A DNA stretch of 63,545 bases, counting the filler, from Octopus bimaculoides (taxonomy: Eukaryota), in NCBI RefSeq assembly GCF_001194135.2. It is 5 parts of 5 records of this genome, joined end to end, with 100 filler letters (N's around TTAATTAATTAA, not from the genome) between each part and the next. Parts side by side here need not be neighbours in the genome. Positions count along the whole stretch, not along the records: positions 1 to 15,691 come from NC_069000.1; positions 15,792 to 43,561 come from NC_068987.1; 3 more parts are not named here. One strand, written 5' to 3'. Both the position numbers and the translations under genes were made by a program. Positions within the stretch are counted from its first letter, which is position 1; the number at the start of each line of letters is the position of its first letter. Below, one piece after another: positions 11,965-24,911 of the stretch. Under the pieces are notes generated by a model, which was given only the letters and a program-made list of their open reading frames with translations, did no database searches and was not told where the DNA came from.

Positions 11965-14059
11965 GTAAGTTACTTGTTTTTTCCTCATATTCTTCTTTTT
12001 AAATCTTTTATCATGAGTCTAAACCAGCTGACTCATGATTAAATATTTTTCAGTTGTAACTATTCCATTGTTTTGGACATAATTTGAGAAAGATTTAACT
12101 GCTAATTGTAGTGGTTTGATTGGCTATATAGTAGCTTCCCTTACTGGTTTGTTCATCTTCTAGCTGTGTAATTATGTTTTGATAATTTAGTTAAAATGTC
12201 CAGTCATGATGGAAGTAGGTCTAGGTGTAACCCCAATGGAGATTATTGGTGGCCACACTGTGTTGAGAAAAGAATTTTAGGAAAATGCTGTTGTTGAATA
12301 ATGAGCATTCAAAGCACGTCATCTCATGTTTAACGAACCAATTTGCAATCTTGTTTTGATTCCACTTACATTTTTAATATCCTTGACAGTTGATCCCATG
12401 TTAGAAATTGCTAGTGTATCAAACAAAATACCTTGCAGTATTTGTTCTGGCTATTTATGTTCTGAGTTCTGAGCTGTGAACAAAACTGAGTACTAGAATT
12501 AATTACCTATGCATTCCCAGTACTACACATATACACATTACAGTTTCTCGCTTACACATCAGCAAATATATTGTTTATACAACTTACCACAGAAACACAT
12601 GACCAAAACAAACATCAAACACACAGTATTTAAATGACTTTAACAAAAGATGAAACAAGTTTCTTTTTAAACAGTAGAAAGGAGCAGCTGTGCTCGTTGA
12701 TAAAGCTATCAAGAAGAGAGAAATAACAGCAAATTTCCTTCTGTAAGCCTTGGGCAAATCGTGATACAAAAGAAACAGCACACATCCAGAGGCAGTATTC
12801 TATCAAAAAGTTAACACTGAACTGATTCATTTCTTAATGTCACTGACCAAATGAAAAACAAAACCAAATGATAATGTTGGACAGATGATGACTACATTGA
12901 AGTTCTATATGCATTCAACAATGCAACACTATACCCAAAGCACATAGGAATAATAAAATTAATATATGAGATATGGAGGAAGAATGATAAAGATATAAGG
13001 AAAAACAAAATTCACTTGCAAACGCCTGACAGCATATCTTACAAGAAGGGAATGTTTCCAAAGCCAAAATAGACAAACCCCACATGTACTCTACACTTTG
13101 GATATCCAACAGAAGACCACAATTCACATTACACGCACAACAAACAATAAAAACACTAATACAACAAAAGACTCAAGCCAAACCTCATAATAAAACATAC
13201 TGAGTTTGTACTCTCCCAACAAAAAAAAAAAAAGCAAGAGCACACTTCTCAGTAACATGGAGATGTAGCAATTAATGCAGTAGAAATCTGAAACATATCA
13301 AGTAATAGTAATGATGATAGTGATAATAATAATGATGGTAATAGTAATAATGATAAGAAGGGAAAAAACATCATCAGTGCATAGTGAAGCTGTCAAAATA
13401 AAAGCACACACAAACATTGCCTTACCTTAGTTTATGAGAGATATGAGTTTACATAGAAATTCTAGTGATAATAGAGTAAATGAGGCTGGACATTTAAGGT
13501 AAGGTCACTCACTCAGCAGTGGTTCAAGAAGGAAATAGACAAGCAAAGAGAAAAGGGTAGTGATGCAGTGCTACTTGAAAAGTGGGCCCAAAGTAAGGGG
13601 TTACAGAAAACGTATGTTTGCACTTTGGGTAAAAAAGGGGGTTTTGAAGTAACAGACAAAAGTCTAGTGGAGTGGGCTAATGCTATCAGGAGACAAATGT
13701 GGACAACAGAATTGGAGGTAGAAGAGACCACAAGAGAACTAAAAAAGAGAGATCAAAGAGAACAGCCAACCAACATAAGTGATACAGTTCAAGCCAAAGA
13801 AAAGCCTACAAAAAAAAAAAAATGATAGCACCACCAATCAGGAAGGGATAATTGACACCTGTGACTTCAGTGAGGAAGATTAGAGTTTAGACAACTTGAA
13901 GAATGCAATGAGTAAAGAAGAAAGAAAAAAGATTATCAGCAGATATTAACCTTACTAGGAAAGTAGATTCTCTTATCAGTAGGATAAATGCTAAAAATAT
14001 AGGTGACATTAATTTATTGATTTATTCAGGAGGGATAGTAGTTACTAGCAGAATAGGTA

Positions 14060-15344
14060 CGAAGTGGTATAAAAAAGTTTCCGGACTAGTTATGTTTAAT
14101 GAAAAATAACTTATTTATCTGTTTTAACATCATCTCCTTTGAAATAGTGACTTTCCAGGGCAATACACTGGTCCCAGCATTCCTGCCACTTTTGGAATCC
14201 TGCCTTGAAGTTGTTTTCCAGAAGCGAGTTAAGGACCTTCTGCGATTTGCTCTTGATCTTGACAACAGTGTGAAAATGGTGACCTTTGAGCTGCATCTTC
14301 ATCTTGAGGAAGAGATGGAAGCCCACAGGTGTTAAATCTGGTGAACAGGGCAGGTGCAGAAACAATACTATGTTGTAAGAAACTCACAAGTGAGGAGAGC
14401 TTGGTGACAAGGTGCATTGTTGTCATGAAGAATCCAATTCTTCTTGCTCCACAGATCTAGTTGCTTTCGTCAAATACGTTAAAATGTCACAGTAGAACTC
14501 TTGATTGGTGGTCTGGCCCTGGGGAACAAGTTCTTGATGCACAATACCACAGATGTTGAAAAAGAATGATGAGCATACTCTTGATTGAGCTGCAGCTCTC
14601 TTGTGCCTTCTTCAGTTGTGAAGATGAAAGCTTCTTCCATTGTGATGACTGCTGCTTCATCTCAGAGTCATAATGGTAGACCCAAATCTTGTCACTGATG
14701 ATGATTCTTGACATGAAGGTTGGGTCATCAGTGGCATGCTGATGGAGATTTTGACAGACTTCGATGTGTTGTTCTTTCTGCTCACTGGTCAGCAGGCAGT
14801 GGAGAAACGTGGCAGAGACATGTCACATGTTCAATTCAGGTGTTAGAATTGCTTGCATGGACCCATACAACAGACCAACAACATCAGCAATGTCATTGAT
14901 TATCCTCTGACTATCCTCATGCAAAAGCTGATGAATTTTCTCCACATTTTTGGGCGCAACAGTTGTGGCAGTTCTTCTAGATCACTCATTGTGATCCAAG
15001 TATGTTTTTTCCACTTTTGAAGCACCCATACCACTTGAAACATTGCGTATGACCCATTGCCTAATTGCCATAAGCTTGCTGAAGCATGCTCAATCTCTCT
15101 CTAGCAAATTTCCCAAGTTTAATGCAAGATTTCATGTTGACTCTTTGTTCTAACTTCCTGTCCATGACAAAATTGCAGACTACAGCATACAAGTGGTCAC
15201 AAAATCACAAATTTCACAACTTGCAAAGTAAACACAGTGATGTCACTTGGCACACTATTTGAAGGTCACTGCTAGGTCTCATTTCGCATACAACCATGTT
15301 GGTGTGCTACAGAACTAGTCTGGGAACCTTTTGATACCACCTCA
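14060..15344 (-). mobile_element. Full-length (about 1.29 kb) decayed mariner transposon
   Basis: TA-flanked TIRs: TA|CGAAGTGGTATAAAAAAGTTTCCGGACTAGTT on the left and AACTAGTCTGGGAACCTTTTGATACCACCTCA|TA on the right. Remnant motifs DKIWVYHYDSEMKQQSSQW and HLPCSPDLTPVGFHLFLKMK (WVY and YSPDL equivalents). Confidence 0.92.
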
Positions 15345-15455
15345 TATGAGTGAAAGGGTTATAAAAAAATGAAGGACAGTGTAAAAGAAAAAGTCATGAA
15401 TACATGAAAATAGCTAGAGACTAACTGGTAGAGTGAAGGCATATATTATTTGGGA

Positions 15456-15485
<30 letters not shown>

Positions 15486-15486
<1 letters not shown>

Positions 15487-15691
15487 CATCATCATCATCA
15501 TCATCATCATCGTTTAACGTCCGCTTTCCATGCTAGCATGGGTTGGACGATTTGACTGAGGACTGGTGCAACCGGATGGCAACACCAGGCTCCAATCTAA
15601 CTTGGCAGAGTTTCTACAGCTGGATGCCCTTCCTAACGCCAACCACTCAGAGAGTGTAGTGGGTGCTTTTATGTGTCACCCGCACGAAAAC
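15486..15691 (-). mobile_element. RTE LINE 3' UTR copy next to (TA)n, cut by a gap
   Basis: (CAT)n tail, then a near-identical reverse complement of the 1-308 family. Confidence 0.88.
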
Positions 15692-16439
15692 NNNNNNNNN
15701 NNNNNNNNNNNNNNNNNNNNNNNNNNNNNNNNNNNTTAATTAATTAANNNNNNNNNNNNNNNNNNNNNNNNNNNNNNNNNNNNNNNNNNNNATATATATA
15801 TATATATGGGGACAAAGTGAGAGAAGAAAGCAGAGAGAAAAGGAAGAGTATGTGCAAAAGAAGGAAGGAAAAGATGAGGTAATAATGGAGAAACTATATG
15901 TCGTTGCAGCAATATATTCAATTTACTTCTAATATCCCTCATTCCTTTTCTCCTTCCATTTTATTTACGCTTATTTTGTCGCCATTAACTTCCGACATTT
16001 TTTTCCACAGCCAATCTCTTTCTCCTTCTCTCCCGCTTTTTTTTTTATCTATCTCCGTCTTTCTCTCTATCACTTTCATTTTTTTTTCTCTCTTTCTTTC
16101 TCTTCCCATCTCTCTCTCTCTCTCTCTCTTTCTTTCTAATTCTTTCACCTATTCATCTCTCTCTCTCTCTCTCTCCCTCTCTGTTTCTTGCTCTATCTTT
16201 CTCTCACTTCCGTATTCATCATTCCTTAATATCCTCTTTCGCTGTTTGGCCTCATAAATTAAATACTGTACGAAGTAATGGTGAAGGATGCCATCTCACC
16301 CAATTTACGCTAAAATAGAATCATATTTTGTTATTATTTTGTTCTCTGCTGTAGAATTTTTTCTGTCGTTTTTCAAACATGAGGCTGTTTCTTGCATCAT
16401 CATCATTAACATCTTCTTTACCGTCATCACCAGCATATC

Positions 16440-16568
16440 TATCCTGATGATCAACCATCATCGTCAGCGTTGTCATCGATGCCATTGTCGTCATTGTAAT
16501 CCTCCCCACCATCATCATCATTATCAACAGCAGCAGCATCACTATCATCATCATCAACATCATCGTCA

Positions 16569-16608
<40 letters not shown>

Positions 16609-16629
16609 TATTATTATTATTATTATTAT

Positions 16630-16672
<43 letters not shown>

Positions 16673-16701
16673 TGCAGCAGCAGCAGCAGTAGTAGTAGTA
16701 A

Positions 16702-16737
<36 letters not shown>
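16440..16737. repeat. Compound trinucleotide microsatellite (CAT/CAG/TTA/TAG)
   Basis: Read directly. Confidence 0.95.
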
Positions 16738-18168
16738 ACATTTTCTACTATTATATCTATGTTTGATTTTTATTTTGTTTTTTGTTTTTTTTTTGTTTTT
16801 TTTTATTCTACTCACCTGCCACTTTACTCATCTTCATCACTTCTTCATAGCAGAAAAACTTGAGATAACCAGCAATGTTCTACTTACCTCAAGGCAAACA
16901 TGGAGCGAGCGCAAAAAAGCGACAAAGAAACAAACGAACAAAACAGATACAAGTAAACAAGCTTTGTAAGCACATCAGTACGAAATGAACCCTCTTATAT
17001 ATTATCAGAGCTCTACAATTGCTTGTCCTCGAGGTGACAGTCGTATATATTTTCCTATTGTATTTGAAGCATATGAACGAAATACGGCTACTTTTTTTTC
17101 GTTTATTTCAATCGAAGTGTCTTGTACACATTATATAGATTCAAGGCTACGCTTCCTTGCCTTTTGTCTACGTCTACCAGACGCGGACAAAAGATACAAG
17201 TACAAATAAAAGGAACCTATTTGCATATCATAAATATATAAGGATAGCTGCTGGTGCTTTCTGCATTTCATTGTATGGCCATTTATTCTTAGGTATTCTT
17301 GAATACCGTGCATGTTATATATATATATATATATATATATNNNNNNNNNNNNNNNNNNNNNNNNNNNNNNNNNNNNNNNNNNNNNNNNNNNNNNNNNNNN
17401 NNNNNNNNNNNNNNNNNNNNNNNNNNNNNNNNNNNNNNNNNNNNNNNNNNNNNNNNNNNNNNNNNNNNNNNNNNNNNNNNNNNNNNNNNNNNNNNNNNNN
17501 NNNNNNNNNNNNNNNNNNNNNNNNNNNNNNNNNNNNNNNNNNNNNNNNNNNNNNNNNNNNNNNNNNNNNNNNNNNNNNNNNNNNNNNNNNNNNNNNNNNN
17601 NNNNNNNNNNNNNNNNNNNNNNNNNNNNNNNNNNNNNNNNNNNNNNNNNNNNNNNNNNNNNNNNNNNNNNNNNNNNNNNNNNNNNNNNNNNNNNNNNNNN
17701 NNNNNNNNNNNNNNNNNNNNNNNNNNNNNNNNNNNNNNNNNNNNNNNNNNNNNNNNNNNNNNNNNNNNNNNNNNNNNNNNNNNNNNNNNNNNNNNNNNNN
17801 NNNNNNNNNNNNNNNNNNNNNNNNNNNNNNNNNNNNNNNNNNNNNNNNNNNNNNNNNNNNNNNNNNNNNNNNNNNNNNNNNNNNNNNNNNNNNNNNNNNN
17901 NNNNNNNNNNNNNNNNNNNNNNNNNNNNNNNNNNNNNNNNNNNNNNNNNNNNNNNNNNNNNNNNNNNNNNNNNNNNNNNNNNNNNNNNNNNNNNNNNNNN
18001 NNNNNNNNNNNNNNNNNNNNNNNNNNNNNNNNNNNNNNNNNNNNNNNNNNNNNNNNNNNNNNNNNNNNNNNNNNNNNNNNNNNNNNNNNNNNNNNNNNNN
18101 NNNNNNNNNNNNNNNNNNNNNNNNNNNGTGTGAGTGTGTGTGTGTGTGTTTATAGGGAGCTTGGCAGG

Positions 18169-18216
<48 letters not shown>

Positions 18217-18738
18217 CAGATAGACAGATAGATAGATAGATAGATAGATAGATATGAAGCTATTTCTATATGTGCCATGTAATACAGTAGAGCCTGTTAC
18301 ATGACTGAGCGCTCCTGGTAATCGACAACTTAACCGGTTAAAGCCTACCCGCCTTTGCTGGTAAAGTGTGTTGTTTGAAACCCAGTAGTACAAAACCAAG
18401 GTATGCCAATGGAAGTGATGATCCAGCACGGTGTCAACTTTTATCAAGGAATGATAAGAGTAGACATGGAAATCACTGAAATGGGAAATACGTGTACACT
18501 AAGATCACTAGGGGGATGTTGGTCGTCCAAGAATCCCAACTATGACAAGTCGTTTTTGTGTCACATGGTGGTTGCACAAGTTATTTTGTACATTCCATTA
18601 GCGCATACGAGTAAATTAGATGTGTGTTTGATATTACCAGACAGACAATAGCACATGTAAGTTGTACTGCGACGGAAATGAAGATGAGCAGAGATTTGTC
18701 TTTGCATTCTTCCGTTCCTTAGAATAATTCCAATTATC

Positions 18739-19346
18739 CTCTTTTACTCTTTTACTTGTTTCAGTCTTTTGACTGTGGCCATGCTGGAGCACCGCCTTTA
18801 GTCGAGCAAATCGACCCCAGGACTTATTCTTTGGAAGCCTAGTACTTATTCTATCGGTCTCTTTTGCCGAACCGCTAAGTTACGGGGACGTAAACACACC
18901 AGCATCGGTTCTCAAGCGATGTTGGGGGGACAAACACAGGCACACAAACACACACACACAGATATATATATATNNNNNNNNNNNNNNNNNNNNNNNNNNN
19001 NNNNNNNNNNNNNNNNNNNNNNNNNNNNNNNNNNNNNNNNNNNNNNNNNNNNNNNNNNNNNNNNNNNNNNNNNNNNNNNNNNNNNNNNNNNNNNNNNNNN
19101 NNNNNNNNNNNNNNNNNNNNNNNNNNNNNNNNNNNNNNNNNNNNNNNNNNNNNNNNNNNNNNNNNNNNNTATACATATACATATACATATACATATATAC
19201 GACAGGCTTCTTTCAGTTTCCGTCTACCAAATCCACTCACAAGGCTTTGGTCGGCCCGAGGCTATAGCAGAAGACACTTGCCCAAGATGGCACGCAGTGG
19301 GACTGAACCCGGGTCCATGTGGTTGGTAAGCAAGCTACTTACCACA
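18739..19346 (-). mobile_element. tRNA-headed SINE family A with an internal CA/TA microsatellite
   Basis: Minus-strand head GTGGTAAGTAGCTTGCTTACCAACCACATGGACCCGGGTTCAGTCCCACTG has Pol III A/B-box-like motifs. The tail is an (AAAGAGTA)-type repeat. Other copies at 51592 and 57934. Confidence 0.8.
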
Positions 19347-20189
19347 AACATTTTAAACTTATACTGACTCTTAGTTCTAAACTATCTATTCCACTTTTCC
19401 TCTCTCCCTTCCCTATTTCTCGAGCTCAAATTATATTGTATTCATTTTAAAATTGAATCATATTCATTCATTGCATTTCCTGTTCCTTTTTTCCTGCATT
19501 TTCTATTTTCTTATGTTTAAGTCTCTTATCACTGAAATATACAAAGAAATATCTTGTTTGCGGCCACTAAGCTTTCTCTTCCATGTAATTGATCTCCCAT
19601 AATGACCAAAAAGAACTTGTTTGACAAATGTTAAAACTTATGTAAACATTCTCACGAATTATAGCATAAAACTTAGAGTAGCTTGTATGCGATCAATAAT
19701 TTGTATTACTTTGTATGAGTATGTGTTAATTACTAATGAGAGAAAAACTGGATTTGTTGGACGTAACTTTTCTCTAGTTATTTATGAACACATATAAGAT
19801 GTGTTTATAAAACATAATAAGAAAATGATAAAATACTGTTTGAATCTATCTAGTTTTCTAACTTCCTTCGCCGTCATCTAGCGGTGGAGGGTCACTCTTC
19901 CTCTCCTCTGTTTAAGGCAGTTAATCATACATACGTGTGTTTGTGTATGTGTGTGTGTGTGTTGCGCGCGCGAGTGTGTGTGTGTGTGTGTGTGTATAAG
20001 TGTATATACACAGACACACACACACTTGCACACATATATATACATACATATATACTTATACATATATATACATACATATGTATCTATTATCTATACATTT
20101 ATATATATACACACATATATACCTGGCTTAAATTTGCCGTTTATAATTATACCATGTTACATATATATACACGCACGCCCGCACACACT

Positions 20190-20342
<153 letters not shown>

Positions 20343-21881
20343 GGTGCCTCAGTTTGGTCGGAAGCGATATGTCCGAATCAGATTATCTTTATCAATTTTG
20401 GACATAGTGCTAGTTATCGCGGACTTGAGAGATTGTGTGATGCTTCAGGAGTGTTAAATGACCTTTCTGTTGACTACACCCCATACGTACAAATCCAAAT
20501 GACTGCGTTCTGGTGAGGTCATGTGTCTGGAGGAACATGATTATCTGTATTGGCACGTATCCACGCTGGGTTCTAGTCTTATGGGAGGACACGGTCTTGT
20601 TCGATAACGTACGGTCTTCTATTGTATACTCTCGCTATCCAAGGCCTTACAACTTTCTCCAACACTTCCGTGTAGACAGCAACTTTGCCTCTTAAGCTAT
20701 GTGACGCAACTCATCGATTCATTGGATGTGGATATAGACAGCCCATAAATAATGCCGTTACTTTTATTATAAACTCGGTCATCAGTTCTGGGTGCCTCCT
20801 TTCATTCTTGTGCTTTTTCACCCCAATACTCTCCATTCCGCAATTTCTGTCTCTTAATTTCTCCTTCGCTATTTTATTATCTTTCTAATTCTTGGTATCT
20901 ATAGCACTCAGTCACTATTGCACTATCTGTCTCTTTTCTGTGTTTTTACCCTCTATTTCGCCCTCACCTCTTTCTCTCCCTCCCGTTTTGTTTCCATTTT
21001 CTTGTCACTATTTCTCTATATATCCACTTTACTCTCATTCTCTTCTTTTCGCACTCATTTCCAAATTCTTTTATCACACTCTCACTATTTCACTATCACT
21101 CTCCATTATTCTCACTTTCCGCTGCTTTCTCTTTCTTTCTCTTTCGATCGTTTACTGTTACGAAATCTGGGCTACATTCCAACACACGACGACACCTCCC
21201 GGTAATGGTGGGAAAAAAGAGAAAAGAAAAGAAGTTGATGAAAATCTATCGCGAGGAATACAGTTGTGGAAAGGGAAGAGAAAGGGGGATATCTTGATGT
21301 GTAATATGTGCAACTGTTGGTAAACAGATCATTCATCATGTAAAATTATATTACTCAGAGCGTTTAAAATCTCTGCGTATCCAATTAAAATTCTCATGCA
21401 ATATTAATTAGCTAGAAACATTAAGATGTCATGTATGTTATAGGAAATGGCTTGTTTCCAGCGTTATTCTACCTTTTGTAGACGAGTTAAATGGGAGCCC
21501 AATAAGAGGTTCATCGATCTACAAGAAATAGCAGCCTAATCTATGTCAAATAACACCCTACTTTTAAAAAGAAGAAACGTTTAGCAATAAAGTCTAAGAA
21601 AAGTAAAATGATGGAAGAGATAAGGCTGGAAGAATTTGAGCATAGATTTGTTTAATCAGTAGCGATGGAGTGACTTGTTAACAGCGACGACTATGTGTTC
21701 AAAGCAATGCTTCAATAAAATAGCTAGAGATATTATGGAATACCTTTTGTCTGTAACTATCTTTACGAAGAAGTGTTTAAGCTTGAAACGTCAAAGATTT
21801 TTCTACATACATTTCTTGAATGTATGTCTTGTCTTTGTTTATCCATATGTTACTTTTGTCGGTAATGAAAATATAGATATG

Positions 21882-21895
21882 TTTGTGTGTGTGTA

Positions 21896-21930
<35 letters not shown>

Positions 21931-21937
21931 GAGAGAC

Positions 21938-21972
<35 letters not shown>

Positions 21973-22025
21973 AAGAAAGAGAGAAAGAGAAATATGGAGA
22001 GATAGAGAGACAGATAAATAGACAA

Positions 22026-22111
<86 letters not shown>
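21882..22111. repeat. (GT)n(GA)n(GACA)n(GATA)n compound microsatellite
   Basis: Read directly. Confidence 0.95.
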
Positions 22112-22112
<1 letters not shown>

Positions 22113-24270
22113 TTTCATGTTCATAGTTCTATTTTTAAATATCTTTAACTCTCGAAAACTGCGCAATACAAATAGGATCCATGTAGCAAAACACGATGTA
22201 TATGCATACGTATTCATAGACGAGGATGCTCATACTTGCCCATGCTTGTGTTTATACGATTTTGTCCGTTGATTATATAAAACAATTTACAATAGCACAA
22301 TTTACTGGCTTCAATGAATTTTAATTAAACCCATAACAACGGTTTTTGTTTGTTTGCTTGCTTGTTTTATCAAGCAACTAGATTGCATTGACGGTAATCA
22401 TCTCGGCTGAGATCAGAAATTAGCACAAGACAATGGTTCGGCATATATTTACATCAACCACTTTAACCGCTTCAATATTTGACAAAAAATATCACTTGAA
22501 AATATCTATAACTGCTAAGATTTTACGAAAACGCTTTTTAAGAGCGAGCTTAATCATAAATAAGTTAAAAATCTAACTGGAATTACATAAATTCCTAAAT
22601 TTAAATCTATAAATATCCATTTCTAAAACCGATTTTACTGCACAATACACACGTTCATATATACATATTTAATATACTTATATGTACACACATACACCTA
22701 TCATTTATCTATACATACATACACACGCACATACGTATACACACTGGCATATTCACATACACAAGTTTATTCATATCTCTCTCTCCCTCTCTCTGTGTGT
22801 ATGTATATATATAGTTTTAGGGAAAAGAACCAAGTTTCATGAACTCATCGATGAAAATCCACTATCACATATAGAAAAATTAATAATTAAAAGCACAATA
22901 AATGAGTATAATATAATACAAAGTAAATATCATAAGATAAAGATAATAAAATGACTACACGTGTTTCATAACTAATTTTCAAATAGAAAGGAAATTTTTA
23001 TTGATTAAAATCAATTAAAATCAATTAAAATTATCGAAAATAAATTCTATTCAAAAATACAGTTAATAGTCAGGTCTTAAATAGAACAATAAATATAATA
23101 AATAAATATATATATCAACCAACAATAAGTACCAAATGAATTTATATAAAATGCTTATTTTATAAGGATAGAAAAATTATTAAAAATATCAAAATAATAA
23201 ACATTCCATAATCATCCCTACATCCATTATAATATATGTTAACATGTATATTATATACAAAAACCAGCTTACATAAATTATTATCGTTTTAAATACAATT
23301 TGAACGAGGTTTAAGGCTAAAATAATAATAAAGATAATATTAGTACATTTTTAACCGGTGTAATAGTTAAAGCTAGACTATTTAAAATTAAAGTGTTTAT
23401 TTAATTATCATTAAAAATCAATTGAATAATAGAAAAAGACAAGAANNNNNNNNNNNNNNNNNNNNNNNNNNNNNNNNNNNNNNNNNNNNNNNNNNNNNNN
23501 NNNNNNNNNNNNNNNNNNNNNNNNNNNNNNNNNNNNNNNNNNNNNNNNNNNNNNNNNNNNNNNNNNNNNNNNNNNNNNNNNNNNNNNNNNNNNNNNNNNN
23601 NNNNNNNNNNNNNNNNNNNNNNNNNNNNNNNNNNNNNNNNNNNNNNNNNNNNNNNNNNNNNNNNNNNNNNNNNNNNNNNNNNNNNNNNNNNNNNNNNNNN
23701 NNNNNNNNNNNNNNNNNNNNNNNNNNNNNNNNNNNNNNNNNNNNNNNNNNNNNNNNNNNNNNNNNNNNNNNNNNNNNNNNNNNNNNNNNNNNNNNNNNNN
23801 NNNNNNNNNNNNNNNNNNNNNNNNNNNNNNNNNNNNNNNNNNNNNNNNNNNNNNNNNNNNNNNNNNNNNNNNNNNNNNNNNNNNNNNNNNNNNNNNNNNN
23901 NNNNNNNNNNNNNNNNNNNNNNNNNNNNNNNNNNNNNNNNNNNNNNNNNNNNNNNNNNNNNNNNNNNNNNNNNNNNNNNNNNNNNNNNNNNNNNNNNNNN
24001 NNNNNNNNNNNNNNNNNNNNNNNNNNNNNNNNNNNNNNNNNNNNNNNNNNNNNNNNNNNNNNNNNNNNNNNNNNNNNNNNNNNNNNNNNNNNNNNNNNNN
24101 NNNNNNNNATATATATATATATATATATATATAGACACGCACACACAGTCACACACACACATACATAAGCACAAGAGTGTTTGTTGAAAAATTCATAGGC
24201 TGTCTATGAAGGAGTGATACTAGACTGTTTAGTATTGTATGCATTAATTATATATTCTATATATATATGT

Positions 24271-24302
<32 letters not shown>

Positions 24303-24860
24303 AAGAGAGAGAAAGGGAGAGTACTCCGAAATATTAGGTAAATATTTCCTCTCCTTCTACCTTTTTGTTAATAAAAAGGCGAAATAAAGTTTCCATCCTT
24401 AATACACCATTCTTCGCCATAGTTTTGGACAAGTTTTAAGTGTCGCAATTCGACGCTAATCACCAACATAACAACATCGTTTAAACTTCAGATCAGAACA
24501 GTAATTTGATGCAAATTTATAAAATTTAAGATCATTTTTCTCAGTAGATGCATCCACACCGATTCTTAGAGACTTCCAATTGGCACCTGTTTAAGACGAA
24601 AAACATTCTCAACCACATGTCTTATTTCTTAGTCTTAGTCATATCTAGGACACATTATAGCAAAGTTTTGTGTCGGAAGAAAACGGACCCAAACCGAGTG
24701 TTGTGTGAAATGAGGACGAGCAAATCATTGTGTTTAAACAAGATTACGATCATTTGAAATATTTTAAACTTAAGCGACGAACACCAAGGCAACGAGGAGG
24801 CTTGCAGAGTGCTCAAGTTTTTTCTCGAGAATGCACATATCATCGGACCTTCTTTTAATA

Positions 24861-24911
<51 letters not shown>

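Noticed and set aside
15736-15747. TTAATTAATTAA between two 44-N runs, repeated identically at 43606-43617, 56514-56525 and 61953-61964
   Set aside because: The identical 44N+12+44N = 100-bp pattern is an assembly placeholder for unsized gaps, not a biological motif.
16288-16815. Poly-L/I/T/N/Y ORFs (also at 44894-45232 and 19884-20516)
   Set aside because: Translations of microsatellites with no splice or homology support.
17131-18447. Long ORFs in the ORF track (also at 23.4, 53 and 59.8-61.1 kb)
   Set aside because: They are open only because they run through N gaps and dinucleotide repeats.
19280-19346. tRNA-like sequence with A/B boxes (also near 51830 and 58290)
   Set aside because: SINE heads continuous with the SINE body; no complete cloverleaf or terminator.
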